A DNA stretch of 63,743 bases, filler included, from Diploschistes diacapsis (Eukaryota): NCBI GenBank assembly GCA_023645945.1. It is 15 parts of 15 records of this genome, joined end to end, with 100 filler letters (N's around TTAATTAATTAA, not from the genome) between each part and the next. Parts side by side here need not be neighbours in the genome. Positions count along the whole stretch, not along the records: positions 1 to 21,627 come from JALAIB010000303.1; 14 more parts are not named here. One strand, written 5' to 3'. The position numbers were made by a program, and so were the translations under genes. Of the stretch, positions 1 to 12,929 are shown in pieces. The first letter of the stretch is position 1. The number at the start of each line of letters is the position of its first letter. The notes beneath the pieces were generated by a model. It saw only the letters and a program-made list of their open reading frames with translations, had not been told where the DNA came from and made no database searches.

Positions 1-1292
1 GAGGGGGAGGTGGAGGGGGGAGGCTGGTCACAGCGCGGTTAACGATGAATCGACTTTCTCCAGTGCACTACCAGCTTAAGCCCGATTCTTCTCAACCCGA
101 GAACGTCCTAAATTCCGATTCGCTCATTCTTACCGTAGGAAAAAATTCCACTTCTAAGTTCCCACAAATGTATATTATCGAAAACAACGAACAGAACAGA
201 ACACAGCAGCAACAAAGAAAAGGAACGACTGTTGGATAGGAGGGGTTGAGAATATCACTCTACGACAAGCCCGCATCGTTCAAGATAACGCGTGTGGCAG
301 CAACACGTTTTCGTCGATCCAAAGCTCGACCACTCGCAGGGATGACCTGCCTTCAGCTCAGCAAAACCCTTCCCTGTCTGTACTCATGGGGGCTCAAACC
401 TCAAGAGACGACGTCTTCGTCTTCGATACAACCGTATCTAACGTCTGATAGTGGGAACTCGCTAGGCATTTGCATTGATTACTGGAGGTCCTGGCATTGC
501 AGTGGTTTATCCTTCTTTCGCTAAGCCCAACTGCGCATCAGCTTTCTTACCATCCTGTCCACTGTCACGGTAAGACTGCCGCCCAATCATCGCATGCCAT
601 GGAAGCGTCATCGACGCACCGAGTTCTGGAATAGAAAATCTACACAACCTACGAAGCATGGTCCTCGTTAACCACCTCTCAGTTCTACTCGCGGCCTCAT
701 ACTCCATTGTTCGGTCCTTTTACGGCCCGTTTCCACCCTATGGCATTCACGGACGGAAGTTGATCCCTAACGGAGAGTTTTCTGTGTCTTAGCATCATAC
801 CACCTCGCTAAACTACCGATCATACGAAGACAAACAGAGAGTCAGAATATCTCTTCTCTCTCGCCAGGGACCAAGAGAATTTGGGGGCATGTTGCCAATT
901 TCATATCGGCATGCATGACCCGTTCTAGGCCTCCGAATCCCAACCTCTTCTCCAAAGTTACGGAATGCACGTATAAGTAAGAAGCAAGATCAGGTACCAT
1001 TTTCCAGATAGCTTGTTGCGCGACGTCCAATCGCTCGGGTCGAGCAGCTGCAGGCCGCACATTGATTTGCGTTTCACGGATTTGTTTCTCGCAGCGCTTG
1101 GGATCTCGCTACGCAGGGTTCTCGTGCTTAGTTCATTTCCTGATTAGAAAGGTCCATGACCATCACATTGGCCTGTCACTTTACTTGATAACGTTCCAAG
1201 CTGGCGTTAAAAGTCGGTCGAGGAGATCTCCTTCTTCCCCCCTTTTCTTGTACCGGACAAGTTTGGTCCCATACGCCCCCTCCAGACTTACC

Positions 1293-2495
1293 ATGATGCC
1301 ATCTCAACCCACAAAGGGCCCCAAACTTCGACAGACGTGCGATCCATGCCGCAAGGCGAAGGTCAAGTGTGACAAAAGAATGCCGATATGCGGTCGCTGC
1401 ATTGCATCCGGGGCTCCTTGTGACTACGGTATCTCGAACCAGGGCGGTCGGTGGAAGGACGGAAAGAAGTTGGGGGGGATTCGTCATGAAACACGGCCAT
1501 CAGTCGACTCAAGTGCGTCCACGAGCGCAGCAGAGGAATCCGGAATGCCCATGGTCTCCGAGTCACCCATTTCCGATCGGAGCTTTCCCGACGCTGCAAG
1601 CGCTGGAATGACACAGCACCCCGCCATCGGTGATCCAGCAATGTTCAGACACTCGTTCCAAGAAAACAATATCTGGGGTTACGACCTGTCCATGTGCCAG
1701 CAGAACGCCTTCACACCTTTTGCAGGGCCAACTCCTCTACCTCCAGCGTCCTCGGCTTTCCCATCGCCCTTATCAAGTGCCAGCTCTTTCTGGCTTCCCC
1801 CAGCTGGCGCTCCAACAAGCGAGAGCGATCAGTCCGACGACTTTATGCAATCTATCATGCCTTCCGCCCTCGATAGGCCAAAGACGTGCACATGCTTCGT
1901 GTCCACTCTGTCCGTCCTCCAGTCTCTACACCAACGATTTCCCCAAGGTGCCCCTGTCCAGCATCCAATGGATCCATCGAATCTCAGCTACACTGCCGTG
2001 CTTGACATGAACGAGCAAGCATCATCCTGCTGTGCTACTATGCTAAGATGTCCCGTTTGTCGAGCTGACGACACGGGTTACTCTTTTATCCTGCTCACTA
2101 CCCTCATCCGCAAGACCCTTACTATGATCGAGTCATGGGTTGCCCTCCCAGCCAACAAGCAACAGCAGCCGCAACAACAACAACAACAACAGCAGCAGCA
2201 TCAGCAAGGTGATGATGGTCAGCAAAGCAACATGAGTCCCACAAGCAGTGGCCTTCCTAGCTCCTACGCCGCCGCGGCACGCGAGGATGACCGCCGACTC
2301 AAGGCAGAAGTCTCACTAATCGGCATCAAGAAGATGGAAGAAATCTCGCTGGAGCTGAGGCTGGCCAGCCAGGGCATCCGTGTGGACTACGACCGGTTGG
2401 CATGCGCGTCCCTTGCGGCAAGTCTTTCTGCGAGGCTAAGAGCAGCGTCGGATATGCTCAGCGTGGAGCTGGACAACAAGGCAAGCATATCTTAG
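1293..2495 (+). CDS. AflR-like Zn(II)2Cys6 pathway-specific transcription factor (~400 aa, apparently intronless)
   Basis: CDPCRKAKVKCDKRMPICGRCIASGAPC is a Zn2Cys6 cluster near the N-terminus. The C-terminal CTCF...CCATMLRCPVC helical region resembles AflR-type regulatory domains. Poly-Q tract at ~2160-2207. First in-frame ATG is at 1293; the ORF-track start at 1062 is a TTG. Confidence 0.85.
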   Translation: MMPSQPTKGPKLRQTCDPCRKAKVKCDKRMPICGRCIASGAPCDYGISNQGGRWKDGKKLGGIRHETRPSVDSSASTSAAEESGMPMVSESPISDRSFPDAASAGMTQHPAIGDPAMFRHSFQENNIWGYDLSMCQQNAFTPFAGPTPLPPASSAFPSPLSSASSFWLPPAGAPTSESDQSDDFMQSIMPSALDRPKTCTCFVSTLSVLQSLHQRFPQGAPVQHPMDPSNLSYTAVLDMNEQASSCCATMLRCPVCRADDTGYSFILLTTLIRKTLTMIESWVALPANKQQQPQQQQQQQQQHQQGDDGQQSNMSPTSSGLPSSYAAAAREDDRRLKAEVSLIGIKKMEEISLELRLASQGIRVDYDRLACASLAASLSARLRAASDMLSVELDNKASIS

Positions 2496-3081
2496 ACAGT
2501 TCCTTGGAGTCGCATTCGAGGTCATCATTTCGCTTTGCTGTTTTTGCTATGGCCGGGCCTTCGACGTGAGGAATCTTTTACCGACATGCTGGCTGTCTGG
2601 CTGATGAGCTGATGTGAGAGTGCTGCGTGGTAGCGCAGCTCATGACTGCACGGTATCAGAAGAGGAGCCCTCCCACTGCCGACTCTCGAAACAGGCCGCT
2701 GTCATCTCATGGTGTTTCAGTCAGATAGACAAAAACATAGACGGAGGCCCTTTTGCCTGGGACGGCGGGCGCAACGGCTGGATTATTTATCATGATTACG
2801 ATTGACGGCTTGTTTTTACTACAAAAATGGCACGTGGGTGATCATAATCATAATCGAGCGGGAACTGGCGGCCATGGGTGTGACTTGCTCTCTGTTCATA
2901 TCATCCAATTGTTCAAAGCTTTGAGCATCTTGGTGCTTGATGTATAATGTTCGCATTTATCTTGTTGAGGCTGGTGACAGATGCAATGCAGTACAGGGTG
3001 GGGTGGTTTCAAGTAAAAGTTCCACAGAACGAGTAGCGATCACATGACCGAACAAGCAGAGTGCTTTACAAAGAATCTTGG

Positions 3082-3177
3082 CTACTACTAGATACTATTA
3101 CTACTACTATTACTGCTGCTGCTGCTGCTGCTGCTACTAACTAATAGTACTACTACTACTACTACTACTACTACTGC
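3082..3177. repeat. Compound trinucleotide microsatellite (TAC)n/(TGC)n
   Basis: Runs of ctactacta... and ctgctgctg... are read directly. Confidence 0.9.
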
Positions 3178-3810
3178 TAAAAAGTGGCTAACGCCATGGA
3201 GGGGCCGGTATGAGTGGAAGCCCGTGATTTACTACTTAACGGTACCTATAGTCGGTATAGTATTACCATTGGAAAATGTAGTATCTGCGTGTACCATTAT
3301 TGTACTTGCAGGCTTTGGTCGGCCAGAACACGACGGAGCAAAAGGATCCCGGGGAGTAAGTAGGACAAGACCCCCTTTTCCGTTCCCTTGGGAAGTCTTA
3401 GCACACCGTGTGGTGTGTGTGGTGTGTGGCGTGTGGTTGCGTGAGGTTTATTCGTTACTGTTACTCTTATTGTTACTGTACGTAGATAGGTAGAACTGTT
3501 CCCTTTTTTCGCTTGCAGCAGTGGGTTGATGCGGCTTCGGTGAGGTCGGAACGGTGAGTTGGGGAATTAGCGATTGGGTAGATACTGGCCATGGTAGTAG
3601 TATGTTGTTGACTGCATCTTTAGATAACATGTAGCTGGATATGGATACATCTAGTAACATAGGGCAGACTGTGAATGATCCCGTAATACCGAATACCGAA
3701 TACTGTGTCATGTTATAGTACCGAGGTACTATATTCGGTATGGTGCCGTGTAGGAGTGCGGGCGTGTAGGACAGTAGGAGCAATAGCAATGATTCCATCA
3801 GATTCATAGA

Positions 3811-3844
<34 letters not shown>
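3811..3844. repeat. (TATC)n microsatellite
   Basis: About 8 tandem TATC units. Confidence 0.9.
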
Positions 3845-6321
3845 CTATTGTAGTTGGATTGAGGCCGCCAGTAGTGGCTGACGCATAATAATCATAAGCT
3901 TTTCTTGCGGCTATCCATCATAGTCCAATCAAAATTTCTCCATTCACTTGGGAAGTTGGAACTCACTTTCAGGTTCCCTTTCCCTAGCCTAACTTACTCC
4001 CTTACTATGTACTACTCCGTTACATGTATACGATTCCCAAGACGGAATGCACAGCTCTCCGATCGGGGTGGTTGTACGCTATCAAGCTAACAAGCTAGAA
4101 GTGACGAACGATGATCCCAGTACATGGGGTGGGGGCCTCTCATTCACACTCACACATCCCCAAACAACGCAAATCCAGATGCTTTTCTCCTCTCGGAATG
4201 CGAAGATGTTACAATTTCATTATCCGTGCCTGCAACTCTGTACCACGTCTGTTTCATTCCGCTGTTTGGCTCAAGCGGCCGAGACTGCTACCTCACAATC
4301 ATGTGAAAATCGCGTGCGAGCATTCAAGAGCCAGAACCACAGTATCGGAGGTGAGGTCGGAGTAGCTGGTACGCCTGGTATGGCTGGAATGGCCTTAACC
4401 ATTTGAGGCCGGACACGGTAAGCCAAATCGTCCCTTTTGGGCAGCGTGCTTTGCACCCTTTCGTGGTTCCTTCGGGGTTGTGAGTCTCAAACTGCACGCT
4501 TTCCATGTGCGCTCGACCCTGCTACTACTCTACCGGTTTCGGATGGATACCGGTCTTTACGCCTACGCGGACATGGGTTTACATTACCCCCCCCCATTGG
4601 TTCTTTGCTTCAATGACGACTGCACCAATTGGTGTCCGTGTACACAGTACTCTATGCTCAACGCGGCCACAGAGATGATGCGAAATTTGCCCCTGGACGG
4701 CAATCTTGGTTGGGGAAAGCATTCTGCTTTGATGTCTCGTGCTTAAACCACACAGCTTATGGAAAACACGAAGGACGAGATTATCTGCAAGAACAGCTAC
4801 AGTGACATGTGCAGAACTCTGCCCTACCCGACTTTCCCCTGTTCGTTGCCCTTGATGCCGCTTCCTTTCAGCCCACCCTCCAACCATGGATACGCTTGAT
4901 AAGCTTACCCACCTCAACTGTTTATCCGCAGAGGCCAATTGACAAGTACCAGTGTCTGGCGTGGCGGTGAGAGCCGGATGAGCTGATGTGAGCATGATTG
5001 ATGGCCTAGTTGCGCGTTATGATTTGGGATGCCAAACCAAGAATGATTTTCAAACCCGACCGTTGGGACTCATCTGCATTGTATATTGGTGCCTTCCCGG
5101 ACGGAAACCGTTGTCAGAATAATTTGAGTGAGTATCCAAGCATAGATTGCCAATCGCTGGGGTGAAGGATAACATTTTCGGCAGTTCACCACAATGCAGC
5201 CCTGCTGCTGCGAGTCACCATGCCGGCTTCATCATGCATGAGCACTGTACTAAATGAATCGGGGACTCGATCCAGTAAGTGGGTCCGAGAAGCGATTAGG
5301 CAGAGTGGAAGTAGAGTCTTTCTAAAGCGGTTTCTCCAAATCGGTCGCCACCGGAGTGACCTCCCCAAACCATAAGGCTGAACTCAAGAGACTCGATCTA
5401 CTAATGTAGCAGGATTGCCGGAAAACCCATGACCGGCTATTCAGGCAACCATCATCATTGGCTGCCACCTCGTGAAGAGGCTCAGAATCAAGCTTGACTA
5501 CAGTTAATCGTGATAGGACTAGTGCATTTGCTTCAGGGTGGGTACCTGAATGGAGGCGGATTCACTTGGCCACTTTTGGGGCCATGTCAAGTGACATCAA
5601 TGCACCAGAAGCACAGAATATGCCATAACATTGATACCATACGCATGGAAATCTATTGACCACGCCGGATATCTATACGCGAAAGCATCGTCTCGGACCC
5701 AAAAGAGACTGGGTTGATCGGCGGTTTCCCAGCGTATGTAGTTGTGAGATCTCGGAATCATATATGCTGACCCTACTAGCTATCTATATGAGTCCTGGCC
5801 GCTCAAACACCAGCGTTGCCGACAATTGACATCTGAGAACGACGTCTATGCTCGTTCCCCGCTCCGAGGCAACATGGTGACCTTCTCAGGCGTTTAAGCT
5901 CTTGGTATCTATTCTAAGCTCGTCTGGCTCTCCGAACAGCTGCTGCTCTGTCCTTGGCATTCAGTCTCCGAGACGTGCAGAGCTGTAATTGTAATATCAG
6001 ATCATACTCTGGCGGCCTTGCAGTGCTCGTGCAAATGCATGACGAGAAGACATGGATACGTTCGTCTTGTCAGAATCAGCTGTTCTCGCGTGGCAGCTCG
6101 GCAGCTTCGTCGATGACCATAGATTAAGGCAAGAAACTATGCTTCCATGATATCGCCACGACCAGGCACAAGGTTGGTACATCTCTCTGGGCTCTCATAT
6201 ATAGAATGACAATACGTTCCCTCATATCACTGCTCAGTACGCTCCTACTTCTCTGCGGTGTTCAGACAGGCATATTCTCCATCCCTCCTCCCATCTTCTT
6301 CCTTCCCCCAAAACCTTAGTC

Positions 6322-9300
6322 ATGGCGAGTACGTCGGTAGATGTCCTCGTGTTTGGTGACCAGGCCGTCGACACCTATCCCTACCTCCGCCAGCTTCTCA
6401 CCCGCAGAGAACATACTGCTGTGCTCTCTTCTTTCCTCAAGCAGGCCACAATAGCTCTCCGTACCGATATCGCATCCTTACATCGATCACAACGTCAAGC
6501 GTTACCTTCGACTCACGACCTTCTCGAGTTTATCGAAGCCTATCGGATCTCGCAAGGCCACAACAGTGCTGTCGGCAATGCTTTACTGGTCATTGCTCAG
6601 CTTGCTCATTGGATAGGGTATGTTGCAACATGGAAGGTGTCGCAGCTTTCGCTAATGGAACCAATCAGCTTGGCTGAAGAGTCGCCCGAGATCCTTTCTG
6701 TCGACAAGCGGATAGTCGGTAATGGCGTTGGCCTCTTATCAGCTGCCGCCGTCTCCTCCTTCTCAAGTCTTCCGCCCTTCCTTCCCCTGGCCGTTGAGCA
6801 TGTCAGAATCGCCTTCCGACTTGGTGTGCAGGTGGATGCGGTGAGCGAGAGGATCTCCTCCTCAGAGGCCGGACAGGCAGGCTGGTCGAAGGTTGTTCCG
6901 GGTTTCAACGAAGAATCCGTAGAAGAGATTCTAGCGGATTTTCATCGGCAGGCGGTAAGGATTTTTCTGTTCCCCGCAGTATCACAGCTGACGCGAGGAA
7001 CAGGCCACTCCCGCACCGAAGTCTGCATACATCAGCTGCATAGGTCCTGCAGGTGTCACAATAAGCGGTCCTCCCGAGACAATCAGCAGCCTCTTTGACA
7101 CGACCATGTTGAAGAACTCGAGACCAACCGAAGCCGAATCATTCGGACCTTACGGTGCTTCCCACTTGTACGATGACATCGCCGTTCGTGCCGTGCTCGC
7201 CTCCACAGACGATGAGGCAACCACCGCAATCGAAGCCGCCAGACCGCAAGCAACGGTCTTCTCCACCTCAGCAGAATCAGAGTACGCCGCAGACTCCTGT
7301 CGGTCGCTACTCGAACAAGTCGTTGCAGACGTGCTCCAGAAGACAGCGAACTCTAATCGAGCTCTGAGCGTGTGCGCTTCGCAGGTCAAGACTTCGAAAT
7401 GCCGCGTTGTGCCAATTGGTCCCTGTTTGGATGCTGAATTAGTAGTGTCGAAGCTACAGGAGGCCGGAGTTGAAAATATCTCGCTTTTCGAAACTGCACT
7501 CGGTGCGGTCCAGAGACGCGGGACAGGTAACTACAAGTCCAGCAAAATCGCCATCGTTGGCATGTCTGGCAGATTTCCCGGAGGTAACGATATCCACGAA
7601 TTCTGGGAGATGCTTCAGAAGGGGCTGGATATGCACAAAGAGGTAAGCGATCGAGGCCCCCCCCAACCCCCGTTCCGCTGTATCCTGTCCTCACCTGCTT
7701 TAGGTCCCCGCAGACAGGTTCGATGCGCGGGCACACTACGATCCGTCCGGCAAAGGCCGCAACATGAGCCATACTCCCTTCGGCAACTTTATCGAGAACG
7801 CCGGCCTTTTCGATCCACGCTTCTTCAACATGTCTCCCCGTGAGGCTACACAGACGGATCCCATGCAGAGGCTTGCGATAACGACCGCCTACGAGGCACT
7901 GGAGATGGCTGGTTACGTAGCCAACCGGACTCCTTCGACGAAGCTGGAGCGTATTGGCACGTTCTACGGTCAGACCAGCGATGACTGGCGAGAGATCAAC
8001 GAGGCCCAGGACGTCGACACTTACTTCATCACCGGCGGCGTCAGGGCCTTTGGACCTGTAAGCAAAGCTTCTACGGAACGTTGAGCAGAAAACTAACGTT
8101 AGCAGGGCCGTATCAACTACTACTTCAAGTTCAGCGGGCCTAGCTTCAATGTCGACACCGCTTGCTCGTCCAGTATGGCCGCTCTGCAATTGGCCTGCAC
8201 ATCGCTTTGGGCCGGCGACTGCGACACAGCCATAACCGGAGGCCTCAACGTCATGACGAACCCCGACATTTTCTCCGGTCTCAGCAAGGGTCAATTCTTA
8301 TCCAAGACTGGCAACTGCCAGACCTTTGACAACGACGCTGACGGATACTGCCGAGGCGACGGTGTCGGGACTGTCATCCTCAAAAGGCTCGAAGATGCGG
8401 AAGCCGACAATGACAACATCCTGGCTACTATTCTCGCTACTGCCACGAACCATTCTGCAGAGGCCATCTCCATCACCCACCCGCATGCCGAGACCCAAGA
8501 GGCTCTCTACAAGAAGGTGCTTGATCAAGCGGGCGTGGATGCTCGAGACGTCGGCTATGTTGAGATGCATGGTACTGGTACCCAGGCGGGTGACAACACC
8601 GAAATGACTTCCGTCAGCAATGTCTTTGCGCCAGCAGAGCGGAGGCGAAAGCCCCACCAGAAGCTCTACCTCAGTTCCGTCAAGGCCAACATCGGTCACG
8701 GCGAGGCTGCTTCGGGTATATCTGCGCTCATCAAAGTTCTCATGATGTTGCGGCACAGCACCATTCCACCCCATGCGGGCATCAAGCGCGACATCAACAA
8801 GACCTTCCCCAAGGACCTGGCCGCTAGGAACGTTCACATTCCCATGGTATCAACACCGTTTCCGCGAGGGGACGATAAGCGCATTGTCTACATCAACAAT
8901 TTCAGTGCCGCGGGCGGAAACACCGCGCTGCTTTTGGAAGATGCGCCAAAGAGAGCAATCAAGGGCGCAGACCCTCGCTCCTCACACGTCGTCGCTCTTT
9001 CAGCTCGTGCTCTGTCCTCGCTGAAGAGCAATCTTCAGCGCCTGGACTCATACCTCCAAGCTCACCCAGACACGTCTCTCGGCAGTCTCTCGTACACGAC
9101 ATTGGCTCGTCGCATCCACCATAATTACAAGATCTCCTTTACCGTTTCCAGCGTCGATCAGCTGCGGCAGGCCCTCTCCAAAGCTGCGGATTCTGACACC
9201 GAGCCGACCTCCACTGCGCCAAATGTCGCTTTCACCTTCACCGGCCAAGGCTCGCATTATGCCAGTCTGGCTGCTGATCTCTACAAGACATCCTTGTCCT

Positions 9301-12300
9301 TCCGTACAGACTTGGACAGTTACAATTCCATTGCCACGTCCCTCGGCTACCCTAGCTTTCTGCCTCTCATCGACGGTAGCGTCTCAGACGTCTCGGCCTT
9401 GTCACCCACTCTCGTCCAGGTCGGCCTGACGAGCGTGCAAATCGCTCTCACCAGACTGTGGACTTTGTGGGGCGTCAAGCCAAGCGTGGTGATCGGTCAC
9501 AGCCTGGGCGAGTACGCTGCGCTCTACGCAGCCGGTATCCTTTCCGTTAGCGATGCCATCTACCTCGTCGGTGAGCGCGCTAAGCTTCTGGAGAAGAACT
9601 GCACGGCTGGTACTCACGCCATGCTGGCTTGCAAGTCCAGCGTGTCTGGCGTACAGCACGTTATCAACGCGACGGGCGCTGAGGTTGCCTGCATCAACGG
9701 CCCTTCGGAGACTGTACTCAGCGGTACCTCTGCCGTCATCGACAGTGCGAAAGAGATGCTCGAGACGCAAGGTTTGAAGGGAACGAGATTGAATGTGCCG
9801 TTTGCGTTCCACTCTTCGCAGGTTGATGCGATCGTTGAGGAGTTTGCTCGGATTGCTTCGGGTGTGACCTTCAACAAGCCCAGGATACCGCTGCTGTCGC
9901 CACTATTTGGTACCGTCGAGACCGACGTCGGCGTCAATGCCGAGTACCTATGCAGACATGCTCGCGAGGCAGTCAACTACCTTGGTGCCATCAACGCTGG
10001 CCAGGAAGCTGGCCTCATCAAGAGCTCCACCGTCTTCGTTGAGGTCGGCCCCCATCCGGTCAGCCTCGGCTTCGTCAAGGCGGCTCTAGGCACATCACAA
10101 GCAGGCGGGCCCTCACTGCGCCGGAACGATGCTGCCTGGACTGCGATTGCTTCAACTGCTTCGCTACTCTACAACAAGGGCGTCGAGATTGACTGGAACG
10201 AATACCATCGTGACTTCCTTTACGCACATGAGCTCCTCGAGCTTCCGTCCTACGCCTTCGCCCTCAAGAATTATTGGATCCAGTACAAGAACAACTGGTG
10301 TCTGACAAAGGGCGACCCTGTTTCCAGCCCGGCCGCAGTATCCCTTCCCAAGCTCTCGACATCGTCGGTCCAGAACGTGGTGCAGGAAGAATATACAGAT
10401 GGCAAAGGTTTGCTCGTCGCAGAATCGGACATTCACCGCGAGGATCTTCTCCCTGCTATCGCCGGCCACGAGGTCAATGGCAACCCGTTCTGCCCTTCAT
10501 CGCTGTACGGCGATATCTGTGTGACTGTTGCCGAGTACATGTTCAGACGGGTGTGGGACTCAAATCCGGAGACACCCCTACCTGGCATCAATGTTCGGGA
10601 TATGGAAGTCCCGCAGGGACTTGTCGCTAAACCGGGCACCGAGCAGATTCTGAAGATCACAGCCAAGGCAGACCGTGCGCTCGACCGTATCGGCTTCTCC
10701 TTCAGCACCGGCAGGACAGAGCACGCGCACTGCATCGTCGACTTTGGCGACAGAGCGGCTTGGGAGATGGAGTGGTCGCGATCCGCATACCTCGTCGACG
10801 ATCGCATCAGGTTGCTGCACGCACGCGCTGAGGAGGGAAAGGCCAATGTTCTCTCCTCCGGAATGGCCTACAAGCTCTTCGAAGCGCTGGTCAACTATGG
10901 CGACACATATCGCGGCATGCGCCGTGTCGTGTTCGACGCAAGGAACACCGAAGCTACTGCCAAGGTCGTCCTCCAGGCCCTCCCAGAGGGTCAAAAGTTC
11001 TCGCTGCCACCGTACTGGATCGACAGCGTGGGGCACATTGGCGGTTTCTGTGTCAACGCGAATGATGAGCTCGACTCCAGGAGCCAGGTATACATCTCGC
11101 ACGGATGGGAATCCATGCGCCTGTCCAGGCCACTTGAGGCGGGCAAGGAGTACAAGACCTACGTGCGCATGCTTCCCGGTGAAGGGAAGGTAGTCGTGGG
11201 TGACGTGTACCTGTTCGAAGGTGAGACCGTGATCGGTGTGTTCGGTGGTCTCAAGTTCCAATGCATCCCTCGACGACTGTTCGAAATGATGCTTCCCAAC
11301 CCGAGTGGCCGCAAGGTCGCCGTCCCAGAACCGGCTCCAGCCACGATTCAAACTACCAGCAAGGTCGAGAAGCGCGACAATGTTGCCAAGATAACGAAGA
11401 GCATTATCGTCAAGCAAGCTACCGCCAGCGTTACGAGCCAGACACTAGACATCGTCGCTGAAGAGTGTGGAGTCGCGCTTTCGGAGCTGGCGGATGGAAA
11501 CTCCTTCGCCGACCTGGGCGTGGACTCGCTCATGCAGCTCGCCATCTCGGGCCGCATGCGCGAGACCCTCGAGTTGGACATCTCCTCGACACTGTTCGTC
11601 GATTACCCGACCATAGGTGCGTTGAAGGGCTACCTTGCACCATTCGAGCAGCCTTCTGCCGCTGGCGCCGTGGAGCCTCTGGAAGATGGTTCTTCTGCCT
11701 CCTCTTCTCCCCACTCCTCGCAGTTCGGAGACGACAAGAGCTCCACCGTGTCCTCACCCAACTCTTCACCACCGGACAAGGAACTCTACTCCCAAGACAA
11801 GGTCTCTCGCGCGGTGGAAGTGATTGCTTCTCAGCGGGGCCTCAAGGTCTCGGACCTCACGTCTGCCCTCTCCGATATCTCATCCACCTCCACCCCAAGC
11901 CAAGTTGTCGGCCCTGTCACAGCCGCCAGCACCACCATCGTCTTGTCGCCAGCGCCGCAGAAGCAAGCTCAGTCCATCATACTCCAGGGCAGCCCGAAGA
12001 CCGCCACCCAGAATTTTTTCCTACTTCCGGATGGCGGAGGAAGCGCGGCATCGTACGTGCCAATCCCGGAGATAGCGAAGGGGACGTGCGTCTTTGGGCT
12101 AAATAGTCCGTACATGAAGACCCCGGAAGAATATCACTGCGGTGTGCCAGGTATTGCGGAGATGTTTGTCAAGGAGATCCGACGGAGGCAGCCGGAGGGC
12201 CCTTATGCGCTAGGGGTATGTTTTTTTTTTCTTTCCTTGTCCTCAATCATACTATCTCTTCATACCACCACTCCCTTGGTTTCAAGTCCTTCGCTAACCT

Positions 12301-12929
12301 AACCCAGGGCTGGTCTGCCGGCGGCGTCATCGCCTACGAAGTCGCCCAGCAACTGCTCAAAGCCGCGCAGCCTGTCTCGCACCTGATCCTCATCGACGCG
12401 CCCTGCCCCCTCATCATCGAGCCCCTGCCCCTGACCCTCCACCAATGGTTCAACGAAATCGGCCTCCTCGGCGACCCCACCGTGCCCATGTCCAAGAAGC
12501 TGCCTTCGTGGCTGCTCCCGCACTTCGGCGCCTCCATCAACGCTCTGAGCACGTATAATGCGCGCAAGCTGATGGATCCGGCAGGCAAGGCGGGAGACAT
12601 GAAGACGGTTGTGATATGGTGCGAGGATGGGATTGTCAAGGAGGAGGGCGATCCGAGGCCGGAGCCGTACCCGTATGGCCACGCGCAGTTTCTGCTGGAG
12701 AGAGGCGAGGATTTCGATTGGGGCGATGGGCTGTGGGATTCCCTGTTGGGGAAGGGGAAGGTGAGGAGCAGAAGGGTGCCCGGGAACCACTTCACGATGA
12801 TGAAGGGCGCGAACGTGAGTTTGCCCCTGGCTACAAAAAGCCGTTTGTTCGTGGGTAGGGCTTCGGCTAATCTTTTTGTCATAGGCTGTGAGACTCGGCG
12901 ACGAGATTCGAAACATCCTCTGTGGATAG
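6322..12929 (+). CDS. Non-reducing iterative type I polyketide synthase, SAT-KS-AT-PT-ACP-TE/CLC; TE resembles T4HN/melanin-type NR-PKS
   Basis: GT-AG introns inferred at 6618-6668, 6955-7003, 7643-7703, 8058-8105, 12216-12307 and 12815-12884. Motifs: SAT VLVFGDQ and [39 protein letters not shown] and AFHS; PT GHEVNG...CPSSLY and YWIDS; ACP DLGVDSL; TE GWSAGG and GNHFTM. Stop TAG at 12927-12929. Confidence 0.95.

Noticed and set aside
1062..1292. 77-codon N-terminal extension of the regulator ORF
   Set aside because: It begins at TTG and looks like 5' UTR; the ATG at 1293 directly precedes the Zn cluster.
2496..6321. Short ORFs and possible AflR sites (TCG-N5-CGA) in the regulator-PKS intergenic region
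   Set aside because: The ORFs have no recognisable motifs or splice structure, and I did not spot a canonical site by eye. A motif scan is needed.
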